From Dimorphilus gyrociliatus (Eukaryota > Animalia > Annelida), in NCBI GenBank assembly GCA_904063045.1, contig CAJFCJ010000015.1, forward strand, positions 1,361,423 to 1,425,422: a DNA stretch of 64,000 bases, in the 5' to 3' direction. Made by a program: the position numbers and the translations under genes. Position 1 is the first letter of the stretch; the number at the start of each line of letters is the position of its first letter. This document shows, one piece after another, positions 26,971 to 38,737 of this stretch. The notes below the pieces were generated by a model that worked only from the letters and a program-made list of their open reading frames with translations, did not search any database and was not told the origin of the DNA.

Positions 26971-26983
26971 GTTGCTATGCAAC
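26971..26983. promoter_or_regulatory. X-box-like (RFX) palindrome upstream of AK7
   Basis: GTTGC-TAT-GCAAC lies 8 bp before the AK7 ATG and resembles the RFX consensus GTTGCCATGGCAAC. AK7 is a ciliary gene. Confidence 0.55.
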
Positions 26984-26991
26984 AATACAAA

Positions 26992-29483
26992 ATGGCAGGT
27001 AACGAAGATGAAGCAATTGAATCTAAAAGAGTTTTCGTTAACTACTGCGATACTTATCAAGGGAAAAATGTGGCAAAGGTTAGATTAATAGTTTAATAAT
27101 TTCTTTGGCGCACTTTCGAAACTTTTCTCATTGTAGTACCTATCGCAATGTGTGGTCGGAGCTTCCTTGGATGAGATTGAAGAAGAAGAGGAGGAAACTG
27201 GCTCAGTAGCCAGTGGAGATATGGATAGAAAGACGAAAGAAGGGTGTTATCAAGTTATAAGCTCCTTTCTTGATCGGGAAAAAGACAAAATTAGAGACAA
27301 GCCTTCCTTTGTTAAAGAGATTTTACAGTACAGAAACAGAGAACAACTTTTAGAACATTTAATTGAGTGCGATATGATAGTTTATGATATAACTGAACAG
27401 CCAGAAATTATAGATGAAGCTATCTGGGTTGTTTCTGAACTTCACGCCGACTTAGACCGATTGGAAAAACCTAAAATGTTTGTACTGATATCGTCAGCAA
27501 TGACATGGGCCAACAGCAAACCATTGGATCCTGTAAGTAACTTTTTTGGCAGAAAATCACAACTCTATAGGGATTATATGGAAATCATTTTCTTTTTATA
27601 GGACGATACAGAAATTCCATTCACTGAAGAAGATTATAGAAGAAGAAGGGCTCATCCCAATTGGAAAGATCATATAAATGCGGAGAAAACTGTTATTAAA
27701 TTGGGTAAGACCAATAAATCAAAACTTGCGACTTATGTCATAGCTTCCGGACTAACGTATGGTGCTGAAGAAAATATCTTTCATTATCTCTTTAAGGTTT
27801 CTATTTGTTTATAATTTGTTTTTTTGGTATTGCTATAAATTTAAATATTTTCGGTTAGGCTGCTTGGCACAATGCGGAACACTTACATGTTTTCGGAGCT
27901 GGTCAGAATTGTATTCCCACAATTCATATCCGCGATCTTGCTGCCGTTATTCAAAACATTTTGGATTCCAGACCTAAAATTCGATATCTAATTGCGGCTG
28001 ATGATTCTAAGCACACCTTGGAAGAGATAGTAAAAGCTGTTTCTAAGGCATTGGGAACTGGTAAAATAAAGCATATTGCTAAAGAAGATGCTCTGTTAAG
28101 CAAAGATATTCAGCAAGCTGATTTTGATCAATTACTCGTTAATTTGAGGATGGATGGGGTATTTATTAGAGAGAATATGCATATACGTTGGGCTAGTGAG
28201 ACTGGTATATTGGAAAATATTGATACGATTGTTAGGGAATACAGAGAATCCAGAGCTCTACAACCACTGAGAATACTTATCCATGGTCCTCCCTGCTCTG
28301 GAAAATCAACAATAGCATCTCAATTATGTAAACATTATAAATTGCATCATATTAAAATAGCAGATGTTATTGCGGAATCTAAGGAAAGATTAAAAAAATC
28401 GGCTGCAAGAGCTCAAATCGACGAAGCCGAGGAGGAGGAAGACGATGGAACAGCGGCCGAAGATGAAGAATTACTAGCAGCCATAGACGAAGATGAGAAG
28501 ACTAACGATGGTCGTATTAGCGATGAATATATTCTTCGATTGGTCAAGCAAACATTAAAATCTGTTAGATGTCAAAATCAAGGCTTTATTCTCGATGGAT
28601 TCCCTAAGACAATTGACCAGACAAAGGACCTATTTGCTAACGAAGATGAAGATGCTGAGGAAGAGACTGGAGCCATCAAATACGATAAAACTATAACACC
28701 CGAATTTGTCATATCTCTACAGGCGGATGATGAATTTTTAAGAAATCGGGTTATGAATTTACCTGAAAGCGTTGTCGTGCAAAATCATACCGATGAAAAG
28801 GGTCTTTTAAGGCGTTTAAAAACCTTCCTTGAAACAAACGGAGATGATGTAACAATGTTAAATTTCTTTGAAGAAAATGAGATTCACGCTGAGACAATAG
28901 ATATAACTCAAGACAAGACTATTGATAATAAAATGATAATTTCAAGAATATTAAAAAAAGTCGGAGAACCAAGAAACTACGGACCAACACAAGATGAAAT
29001 TGAAGAGAAAAAGAGAAGAGAAGAAGAAGAAAGACTTAAGAAGGAGGAGGAAGACAAAAGAGAAAGGGAACGACAAGAAAAGGAGGAGGCTGCTGAGAGA
29101 AAACGTCGTCAAGACGAATGGGTACATTTTATATATGTATTAAACCTATAGATAGAGTAGGAACAAATCTTTCTTTTTAAATAAAAAACATTTTATCTTC
29201 TTAAACAGACTGAAAGGTTGAATGATGTCAAAAGACAGGAGCACGAAATGTTGGAAACGCAATCAATACCTCTTCGTAATTATCTAATGAAGCACGTAAT
29301 GCCAACTTTAACACAGGGATTGATAGACGCCTGTAAAGTAAGACCTGACGACCCCATTGATTTCTTGGTAAATGAATTTTATATTCGGATTAATTCAATG
29401 GCACGTATTTGCGGTTTGTCATCCCTTTTATTCTTATTTTTCAGGCCGAGTACTTGTTCCATAACAATCCGCAAGTAGACTGA
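26992..29483 (+). CDS. AK7: Adenylate kinase 7 (ciliary). Exons: 26992-27078, 27137-27532, 27602-27796, 27859-29121, 29209-29367, 29445-29483
   Basis: N-terminal [18 protein letters not shown]|[11 protein letters not shown]; epimerase-like domain; P-loop GPPCSGKS; GFILDGFP; coiled coil; C-terminal Dpy-30 motif ([18 protein letters not shown]...[13 protein letters not shown]). All junctions are GT-AG, phase 0. Confidence 0.96.
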
Positions 29484-29861
29484 ATATAAAGAGAAGATAA
29501 AAGGAAAGAGACGCTTTAAACGTATTTGATAAAATGCTAAATGAAAGAGAAATAAACAAAATCACTAATATTGCCTTTCAGAATTTTGATATATAAATTT
29601 ACATATACACAATATATATATATATATATATATTTAGAAAAAGGGAAAGTTTCCCTTATTTAAGCGTGACCTATTGAATTTGGTTGTATTATCTTAATAA
29701 ATGAAATAAAAATTAAGTAATATTCCTTGATATGCAAATAAAATGACGGTGCAAACGGCGAAACGGTGAATAAAAATAAAGAATAAAGCTTTTCATTAAC
29801 CGACCAACCGTATCTCAGTCACAAAAGACGCTTGCGTTTATTCGCCTGCAATAAACTCGAT

Positions 29862-31881
29862 ATGACGGACAGCAGTGATTACGATACTGATCTGGATAAC
29901 GACGGTAAAAAGAGCGTATATAAAATATCATATATGTTTCCCTCACTTGTATTTTAATATGAAAATAAATTCAAGATTGATCTGAATAGATCATCTTCCG
30001 CTTATTCTTCCTATGCCATCGTCTCATCTCTACGAGAAAGCTTGTCGAAAATTTCAACAAACTCCAAACATATTTATAAAAGATCGCTTTGATGAATACA
30101 GTTTTCGTGTGAAAAATCAAGGATTGGATCATAATTCATTTAAGCCTATTGCAGTAGCTCTAGTGGTATATTTAGAATTTTATATATGTATGATAAAGAA
30201 AAAACAAGTCTCACAAAAAAGCATTTTCTTTAACTTGTCAGAACGATAAGTTTATTAAGGAAGTGAACGTTGGTGAAAATAATATTGGAGACGACGGCTG
30301 CAAAGCGTTTTCGGAAGCGTTACTGTATAATTCCACAATAGAAGCGATTGTAAGCGTGTTAATTTCTTTTTCTTGCAGTTTTTTTTTTCTTTCATGATTC
30401 TTATGAAAAAAATTGGAGAATCAATTGAAAATGAAAATTTCTTACAAAATCTCCTTCCTTCTCCTAGAATCTTTCGTCGAATAACATCGGAAAAGCTGGC
30501 CTCAGATATCTTACCGCTTCGCTACTTCGTAATGAAACTGTAATAACTGTAAACTTATCCAAGAATAAATTAGAAGAGAATGATGGAGAAATTTTAGCCG
30601 TACTATTCTCGGTTATTGAACTATTAAAAATTTTATATTGCACTAGTTTTGCCTCTTAAAATAAATTTCAAACGTTTCTCTTTCATTTAGAAAACAAAGA
30701 CATTGAGAAAAGTTGATATTAGTCATAGCGAATTCAGAGAAAAGGGTGGAATATTTTTAGCAGAGGGAATAAGTATTAATTTTTGTTTTCCTTATATTTC
30801 TATAAAGTAATTTGCTTCTTTTATTAATTGCTTTGATGTTTTTTTTTTCTCCAGGGAAAAACTCTAGTATTGAGGAGTTAAATTTAAGCTGGAATCATTT
30901 GAGGTTAAAAGGGGCGTTAGCTATTGCAAATTCTCTACAATTTAACAGCAAACTACGTAAACTTGATCTGTCATGGAATGGTTTCTCAGATGAGGCATCG
31001 AAGAAGATTTCTAATTCATTAAAGACGAATAGTACGCTCGAGGATATCGACCTATCGTCAAATCGTATTAGTAGTCACGGAGTTGACTCTCTTTCCGAGA
31101 GTATTCACTCGTCAAATTTGAAACGGCTAAAATTAAGCTACAATCCTATTGACGCCTATGGGGCAGCAAAATTCTTATCGGTTATTCGACAAAATGCTTC
31201 CTCCTGTAAGCTTGAATACTTAGAACTTTTGGATGTAGAGGTTGGGGATCAATTTGAAAACGAATACCAAAAGTTAAGGCGTGCCAATTCAAATTTTGTT
31301 ATAAGACATGGAGGACGTCTTAGAAGGGATGATGTATATGAAACTACGTCAAATAGAACTCCGGAAGTTGGTGATCCTCTAGCTCTTTTCTTGGAGCACG
31401 CTCGAAAAACCGGAATGCGCCTCTCAGACCTTTTCGCAAGATTTGATAGGGATAGGAGTTTTAGTTTGACAGACGTTGAATTGGCCAACGGACTTAAGGC
31501 TTCTGGATTAATATTGTCCGATTTACAAGTTGAAAAGTTATTACATACTTTGGATACAGATAAAAATGGTGAAGTTGACTTTGGAGAGCTAGTTGACGGT
31601 GTTAGAAGACATAGAGACGCCGTTAGGAAAAGGCATAAAGCTATGAATGTATCAAGGCCGGGTAGCGCCTACTCAAGACGCCCTTCGCAACAGATAGTAA
31701 TGTCTAGGTATTTTTAGAATTTTCATCAAATATCATTCCATTTCATTCATAATACTAATAATAATGTTATTAATATTACAGTCCTCTTGGTGAATCTTAC
31801 ATGCGTAATCGAGAAACTTCAAAGTCGTTCTCTTCATCATCACACCTTCTCTTGCCTCAACAGCCAACCAATCCCAAATAG
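29862..31881 (+). CDS. LRRC74: LRRC74-like leucine-rich-repeat protein with C-terminal EF-hand pair. Exons: 29862-29904, 29990-30165, 30242-30349, 30468-30611, 30691-30772, 30855-31707, 31782-31881
   Basis: 28-residue RI-type LRRs (NLSWNHL, DLSWNGF, DLSSNRI); EF-hand loops DRDRSFSLTDVEL and DTDKNGEVDFGEL; N-terminal YEKACRKF and acidic DYDTDL. The donor at 30611 was chosen to preserve the 28-aa period. A/B paralog is not resolved. Confidence 0.75.
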
Positions 31882-32356
31882 CTTATCCGAAAAACCCACA
31901 ATACTATCTTATCTGAATATATTCTTATTAATTATCCTTATAGATTATTAAAAAAAATACCTCAAATCCTATTCAATAGAATATATGTCGTGTTTTATAT
32001 GTGCCAAAGACATTAATGCATTTAAATGCAATAAATTATTTGCTTATCAGTTTTCAGTAGTTTAAAAATTTCTTGTGTTTTGCACTTTAGTTTTTTAATG
32101 ATTCATATTTTCTTTAAAAATTTTTTTTAGGCCTATATGTGGAAAACGAGTTGCTCTTTATTTTTATGCGACATTTTAATATACCACAGATCAGGAACCA
32201 CACCCTCATAGTATGGCTACGTTGTCTATGCCATGTGAATAGGCTAACATTTAGACGGGCAATTGCTAGCCGCTCTAATATCACTATCACAATAAGTAAC
32301 GTAAACAGCGCTTGAGGGTGTTTTTTTTTATAACTCTCCTAAAATCTTTTGGTGGA

Positions 32357-33879
32357 ATGGATGATCCTAAAGGTAATACTTTAAATGCATGTACAATTTA
32401 TACGAGAGTTGAAGAGCGATTACAATAAAAATTCAATATTATTTTGGAGAATATTGAAAGTATTATTGTTCGATATTAGCATACGAAAGAGTCTTATTGG
32501 TGTAAGTGGGGAAATATTAGTAATTATATCTAGCTGTGAGCTTTAACATGTCATATACTGGCGCGAGTGGATTTGAAGAAAATCCCAGTAAGAATACGCA
32601 TAAGCAATCCAGCGATGGTCGCAATTTGATGCAAAGGCCAACCGATTTGTTGGGTCAATTTATCGGTCATGAATCAAGTAGTATTACGATCGTAAATAGT
32701 AGAGTGCCTATTAACAATACTTATTTAGTACTTTCCTAAACAGCACGAAGAGGAGAAGCAGGTATTGGAAATCGGGAAGGTGGAGATGAATCAGGATGTT
32801 GTGGCGTAAGTAAAAGTTTTAACAACTCTCGAACATAAAAATTCTTATCCGCTGTTAAATACTGCAGGTTATCTTAAAGATTGTGTCCATTTTCTTTATA
32901 ATAATAACGTTTCCAATTTCAATATGCCTATGTATAAAAATCGTTCAAGAATACGAAAGGGCCGTCATTTTCAGACTGGGGAGAGTTTTAGTTGGATCTA
33001 GGGGTCCCGGAATTTTCTTCGTTATACCTTGTTTGGATAATTTTGTCAAAGTTGACCTCCGTACTATTTCTTTTGATGTTCCGCCTCAAGAAATTTTAAC
33101 AAAAGATTCAGTTACTATTGCCGTCGATGCCGTCGTTTATTACAGAATTTCTAATCCTATGATTTCTGTTGTAAATGTTGAAGATGCATCCAGATCGACA
33201 CGTTTGTTAGCTCAAACTACCCTTCGTAACATTTTGGGAACGAAAACCTTAAGTGAAATTTTAACCGATCGCGAGATTATTGCCCATAATATGCAGGTAA
33301 ATACCACTAGTACAAACTCAAATTGCCTGGTTTGCCAGTTAACCTAGTATTAATATAATAAATTTGACTTGTAGTTAATAAAAAAGTCTGATAATAGTTT
33401 CTTTTTTTTATTATAACAGAGTGTACTTGATGAAGGTATGTAAGACAACGACGAAAAATTCTGTTGAAAACTTTGTTTATAATTTTAATTCTTTAAAAAA
33501 GGAACCGATCCATGGGGTGTCAAAGTCGAAAGAGTTGAAATTAAGGACGTTCGCCTGCCAGTTCAATTGCAACGTGCAATGGCGGCCGAAGCGGAAGCGA
33601 CTAGAGACGCACGAGCAAAAGTAATCGCAGCCGAAGGTGAACAAAGGGCATCCAGGGCATTGAAGGAAGCAGCCGACGTTATAAATGAAGCGTCAGGAGC
33701 TCTGCAACTCAGATATTTACAAACTCTAACACAAATATCGGCCGAAAAGAATTCAACAATTATTTTCCCCTTGCCTATTGGTAATTTTTGCTGATATATT
33801 TTTATATGATAATTGAGGTAATTTAACAATTGTTTCATTAATAGAGCTCATGAAGGCATTTAGCGATGGGAAGAAATGA
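32357..33879 (+). CDS. STOM: Stomatin/MEC-2-like band-7 (SPFH) protein. Exons: 32357-32372, 32534-32677, 32744-32805, 32868-33296, 33420-33435, 33502-33780, 33845-33879
   Basis: GCCG followed by a hydrophobic hairpin; [15 protein letters not shown]; [22 protein letters not shown]; [16 protein letters not shown]; [11 protein letters not shown]; LQLRYLQTL. The first two exons are less certain than the SPFH core. Confidence 0.9.
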
Positions 33880-34115
33880 CTATCTGATAATAAAGACCGA
33901 AAAAGGGGCAGTAGCTTGACACCGGTTGAATGAGATTTATAATGGAAGTATGAATGTTTTCTAATTTTCAGTTTTAAAAATCAAACTAATTACACAATGC
34001 CAAAGACTTAATTAGTATAAATGTCATAAGACTTATCTTGTATATTTCATGCTATTCAAATATTTATTGTCTACTCTCAAACCGACTTACCAAGTACAGA
34101 GCAAATTTAAAGAAA

Positions 34116-34841
34116 TTAGTCTTTTTCAGTTAATGATTTGGTAACTTGCAATAATTCCGTTGCATCAAGCCAATTAACAACTCTGGCGTGTAATTCGTGG
34201 GGAGGAGCTAAATTTTCGATGCTTTTTTTAAGAGAAAACCCTATTCTTGGACACACAACATCAGATTTTCGTAGTCTTAGAGCGGGACATAGATCATTAT
34301 ATCCATCACCAACGTACATTACTTTGTCATATCCTCCGTTAGTTTTGATATGTTCATCCAATATATGACCTTTGCACATGTTCACCGTACTTAAATCGCA
34401 CCAATCTTGCTTATGGTAATATGATATCGTTATTAAACCATTTTCCTCCACTTTCGATGGATTTGTGTAAACCGTTGAAAATGTTTCAGTTAAGTTGAAC
34501 TTTTTCAGCAATTCGTTAATAAACACAGAGTTCGCATCTGATATTATTATAGCTTCCAAGCCTTCGCTTTTTATTAAGTCCAAAAGCTGCTTCATACCGG
34601 CCGTTAGCTTTACCTCATACAATGCTTTTTTTATCTCGTCTACAGACGTACCCTTAGAATGCAAATAGGCAAACACTGCGCCTACATATTCGTTCCATCC
34701 TAGCCTGTTGTACAAACTCTTAATATCGTCTGGAATACCGTTTGGAGCTAATTTATCAAAGACGAATGGTTCAGAGTTTTCATCCACGATTGTATGATCA
34801 AAATCAAAGGCTATTAAAACTTTTGCTTTTGACGTTGACAT
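34116..34841 (-). CDS. PHOSPHO2: PHOSPHO1/PHOSPHO2-family HAD phosphatase (pyridoxal-phosphate/phosphocholine phosphatase-like), intronless, 241 aa from ATG 34841
   Basis: HAD motif I FDFDHT, IISDAN, NMCKG, motif IV YVGDGYND, and CP..RL...D. The PHOSPHO1 versus PHOSPHO2 distinction is uncertain for an invertebrate. Confidence 0.88.
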   Translation of the reverse strand: MSTSKAKVLIAFDFDHTIVDENSEPFVFDKLAPNGIPDDIKSLYNRLGWNEYVGAVFAYLHSKGTSVDEIKKALYEVKLTAGMKQLLDLIKSEGLEAIIISDANSVFINELLKKFNLTETFSTVYTNPSKVEENGLITISYYHKQDWCDLSTVNMCKGHILDEHIKTNGGYDKVMYVGDGYNDLCPALRLRKSDVVCPRIGFSLKKSIENLAPPHELHARVVNWLDATELLQVTKSLTEKD

Positions 34842-37800
34842 TCTCAAGTTCTGTATTGTGTTGTTTATAGTCAATAATGTTGTAACGAAGCCTATTTAAC
34901 CATTTTTTTTTATTATTATTCAAGAGTAACCATTTATATTCAACTCTTACAATCATTAATGACAATAGATTTATATATTTTGTTTTTTGGTATAACCTCT
35001 TCTTGAAAATCTTAGTTATATGAAAAAACCAAAGTAAACAAATCAGTATGACATAAGAAGAAAATTTAAAAAATTAAAAAAAAATAGGATTAGAATCTTT
35101 TGATAGCAATAAACAACCTGATATCGAAATCAATAATTTTTTTTCTCATAGAGAGATTTCTTACCTCATATTATAATAGATTATAATAATAGAATTAGGT
35201 ATTGATAGGATGATAGCATTTTTTAAATATTTCTCATTGATTTCGAACAAAACATATTGAAAAGTGTACTATTGCAATTAAGGACTATTCTATGATGTCT
35301 ATTTCTTAGAATTTAGGCCAAAAATACAAGAATTCACATTTAAAAAATGTGAGTGATAATTGAAGATTAAAACGAATGTAAAATGCTAAACATTGAAAAA
35401 AATAAAATATAAATCTTATAATACCTTGGTCGTTTTGAAGTAATTAATACAATTTACGCGATTAAAAAGTACTCTTTTGAGAATACTAGACTTGTTTAAT
35501 AGGCTGAACTTGGCAACCTTGACTATAAATTCCATAAAATGCTATACATATACCAGTTTTTTTCGTAAACAAAAAATATTCGAACACTCTTTTTTCTAAA
35601 ATTTCTCTCCCAAATCAATAGGCTGAAGTTATCATCCATAAAAAGCGGTAATTTTAAAAGTTTAAGTACCTTAATAATAAATTACAATCGTAAATTTGCT
35701 TTAAAATTGATACTTATTTAATATTATAATAAATTAACATTATAATTTTGTAATCTACCATTAATAAATTAGCAATATACATACTGTATTAGCATAAAAT
35801 ATAGCAATCAAATTAGAAATGGTTTTTATAGTATGTAAATACAAAGAAAAAGAGGGATTGAGAGGAGAGGAGAGGGGAAAGAAGTAAAGATTATTTTGAT
35901 GCAAATAAATAACACTCTTTAGTATAAATTATCTTGAAACTGTCAGCCTAATATAACATAAGCTATCTGCTCGTAAACTCTCCTAAATATAACTTTTTAT
36001 TATGACTTAATAATGGTAGATTATGTTTATTTGCTTATAAAACAAAGACTTTCCCAATAATAAGTGCACATGACAACTGGGATATGATTTTAATACAGAA
36101 AGTATCTAAACAGATGTAATCTGTATTTAATAATATTTTAAAAATTCTTAAAATTACAAAAATATGCTAATATAACAGTATTAATTCGAAAGAGCATAGG
36201 GATATTTTTTTCCTATCAACAACCTACTTATCTTCCTCAAGATACATTCAAAAAAAAGTAAAAAGAAACCTCTCTTCCTTAAACTATTCTTCTTTCATCA
36301 GTCTCTACCGTAAATCTAAAGTTATTTGATTTATAGATAGCTATAAAAGAAAATTTCTCAATGCTAAAAACATGTTCCTTTATTTAATAAATGTTTTGAA
36401 TACTAAATAATTTTATAAATAGATTAAAACATTAAAGATTTGATTAAGAAAAAGCTTTATTAAAGATATTCTAAATTTAATTAATCAACCTTGTCAATTT
36501 CAGTTAATTAGATATATTGTATATAACAATAGAAAAGGCAGAAAGAAATGAGCTATATCACTGGTCTTTCTTAGTATAGATAACAGAAGATACAATAACA
36601 AAACTAATTTTTAAAAATAACAATCCAGATAATATATTCTCTATTGTTTAGTGTAAATGTGGGACATATAAAGGAAAAAAACAAACATTCATATACTATA
36701 TAATAATCAATATTACAGAACACTAAGAGTTTAAATTAGATTTAGATTCCTATGCATAGCGTTGTGCCTTACTATTCTATGAATAAGAGTCAAAGTTTTC
36801 ATCAGTATCTAATGACGTAGAATATTTTATCTATTATTTTCCTCATCTTTTTTGTATATTTATACTTCAACAATATGATTATAACGTGATTGTCGTATTC
36901 TATAAACCTAATTTTAGAATAAACATGAAATCCGAGAAAATTTATTTATAAACAAATTATAAAAACTACATGAAAACATTATATCCTAATGTCAAATTTA
37001 ATAAATATCTTGTTACTATCACTCTTTCCAATAGGTAGGTCAGCTTCAGTCAATAATTCTTTCTCATTTTTCCAAATTGATTATCATCTATTAACAAAGA
37101 AGATACATGAAAAGTATATATTTACTGATAAGATTTATTATATCTCTTGCTGGCCAATATTTTTCATTTGTATGTATTCCATCATCTTCATCCTTAAAAC
37201 AGCTAGACAAAGTAATAACTTCTAGATAGATGCTAGAGGACAAGGATATTTTTTATTATTTCGGTAATTTTCTTACAAAAAGTTGAATGTCGAATATAAA
37301 ACAAAAAGTAAACAATAAATAAAAGTAATAATCTCAGACTAGACATTTTTTCTAATTTAAGAAACTATCAAACAAACAACAAAATAAATGTACTGCTGAG
37401 AAGATGATAGAATTTCCTAATTGAAAACATTGACGAAACACTGTAAAAAATTCCCTCTGTCTAAATGAATTCAAAATAATTACGGAGATATTAAGTAGAG
37501 ATATTTCAATAGAAGAAGAATGGACAATTTTTCTGTTAATTTAGGGGAAATGGCGCAAAGGTAAATACTTATTCAATTTTTTGTAATGAAAAAAAAAGAG
37601 ATGAAGAGAAGCAGCACATCTGAAGTGTTTCTTCTTTTTCAAATATTTGCATTGAAAAACTGATTTACTATAGTGAAAGAGAGGAAAGTTAAAAAACATG
37701 GCGACCACTAGTCACGAATCAAATCAACTCTCCACTGAATATACAAAGGTAATAGAATCATTAACAATTTGATACAGTAAATAACAATTGTACTCTGCTC

Positions 37801-38630
37801 ATTGAACAGACTTTTTCGCATCTGTAGCAGCTCTATAGGTAATAATTTGTATATAACAGCCAGCAGCAATAAATTAGTTTGTATTTTTACTAATTCAAGT
37901 TTAGCTAAACATCTATAATATATCTGTTAAAAACTACAGTACCGATATTATACACTGTATATATAAATCTAAAGATAAGTAACATTAGTTGACATCTAAT
38001 ATTAAACAAAACAAAAAAAACCTATTTACGTTTTTACATACATACACTATAGTTTCGAATGATTCCATTTCTAATTAAAATACACAGTACTAACGGATAA
38101 TTTCATATTTTTAGTTATTGTACTTAAATTACAATTTTTTAACTCTTTTTTTTTCTTTTCTTTCGTAACAGCTTCACAGTCAAACTCCTAACAGTATTAT
38201 AATTACAGTATAAAAAAAAACTTCTATATCTTTTTTTTAACAATCACACAATGCCGAAAAGTATACAATTACCTGAAAGCTTTGGATATCTTCAATTACA
38301 TAAACATGTTACTCATAAACATACGATTGATTGTCTTAAACAACAACAAAAAAGAAAAAGAAATACAATAAAATCTCAACTATAATTGTTCATTGTTTAT
38401 TTTTGTATAAATTTGACAAATTTTTTGGATATAACAGCAATAGGAATAATTTTTTTCCTTTTGCTCTATTGTACAAACTGAAATAACAATCACGAATTTT
38501 TTGCATAAAACAGATAAAATGTATGCTGTACATATACATATATTTATATATATATATATACTTGAATATAGATATTATACCAACAACGAAACAACAAAAG
38601 TTAATAATGATCAGGTTAATTAAATAATTT

Positions 38631-38710
38631 TGGAATAGCGAAAAGTCCATCAAGTATCTACCGGTTTTATAAAAACTTTTGGTCAGACACTGTCATCAGT
38701 CGATAATCCA
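38631..38710 (-). promoter_or_regulatory. Type-2 SECIS element in the SELENOT 3' UTR
   Basis: On the minus strand: A-UGAC core (38696-38692); helix II AGUGUCUGACC/GGUAGAUACU; apical AAAA; mini-stem GUUUU-UAU-AAAAC; 3' core UGAU (38652-38649); helix I UGGAUUAUCGA/UCGCUAUUCCA (9 of 11 paired). Confidence 0.93.
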
Positions 38711-38737
38711 AAAATTACTCTTATAAGCTAATCTTTA

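Noticed and set aside
32359-32368. GGATGATCCT, identical to part of the tRNA-Sec 5' end
   Set aside because: The flanks do not match and no cloverleaf forms. It coincides with the stomatin start exon (ATG GAT GAT CCT).
34900-37400. AT-rich gap considered as a possible transposon remnant
   Set aside because: No terminal inverted repeats, target-site duplications, transposase or RT fragments that I could identify. Only a short degenerate direct repeat (AATAGGCTGAA at ~35498 and ~35617) is present.
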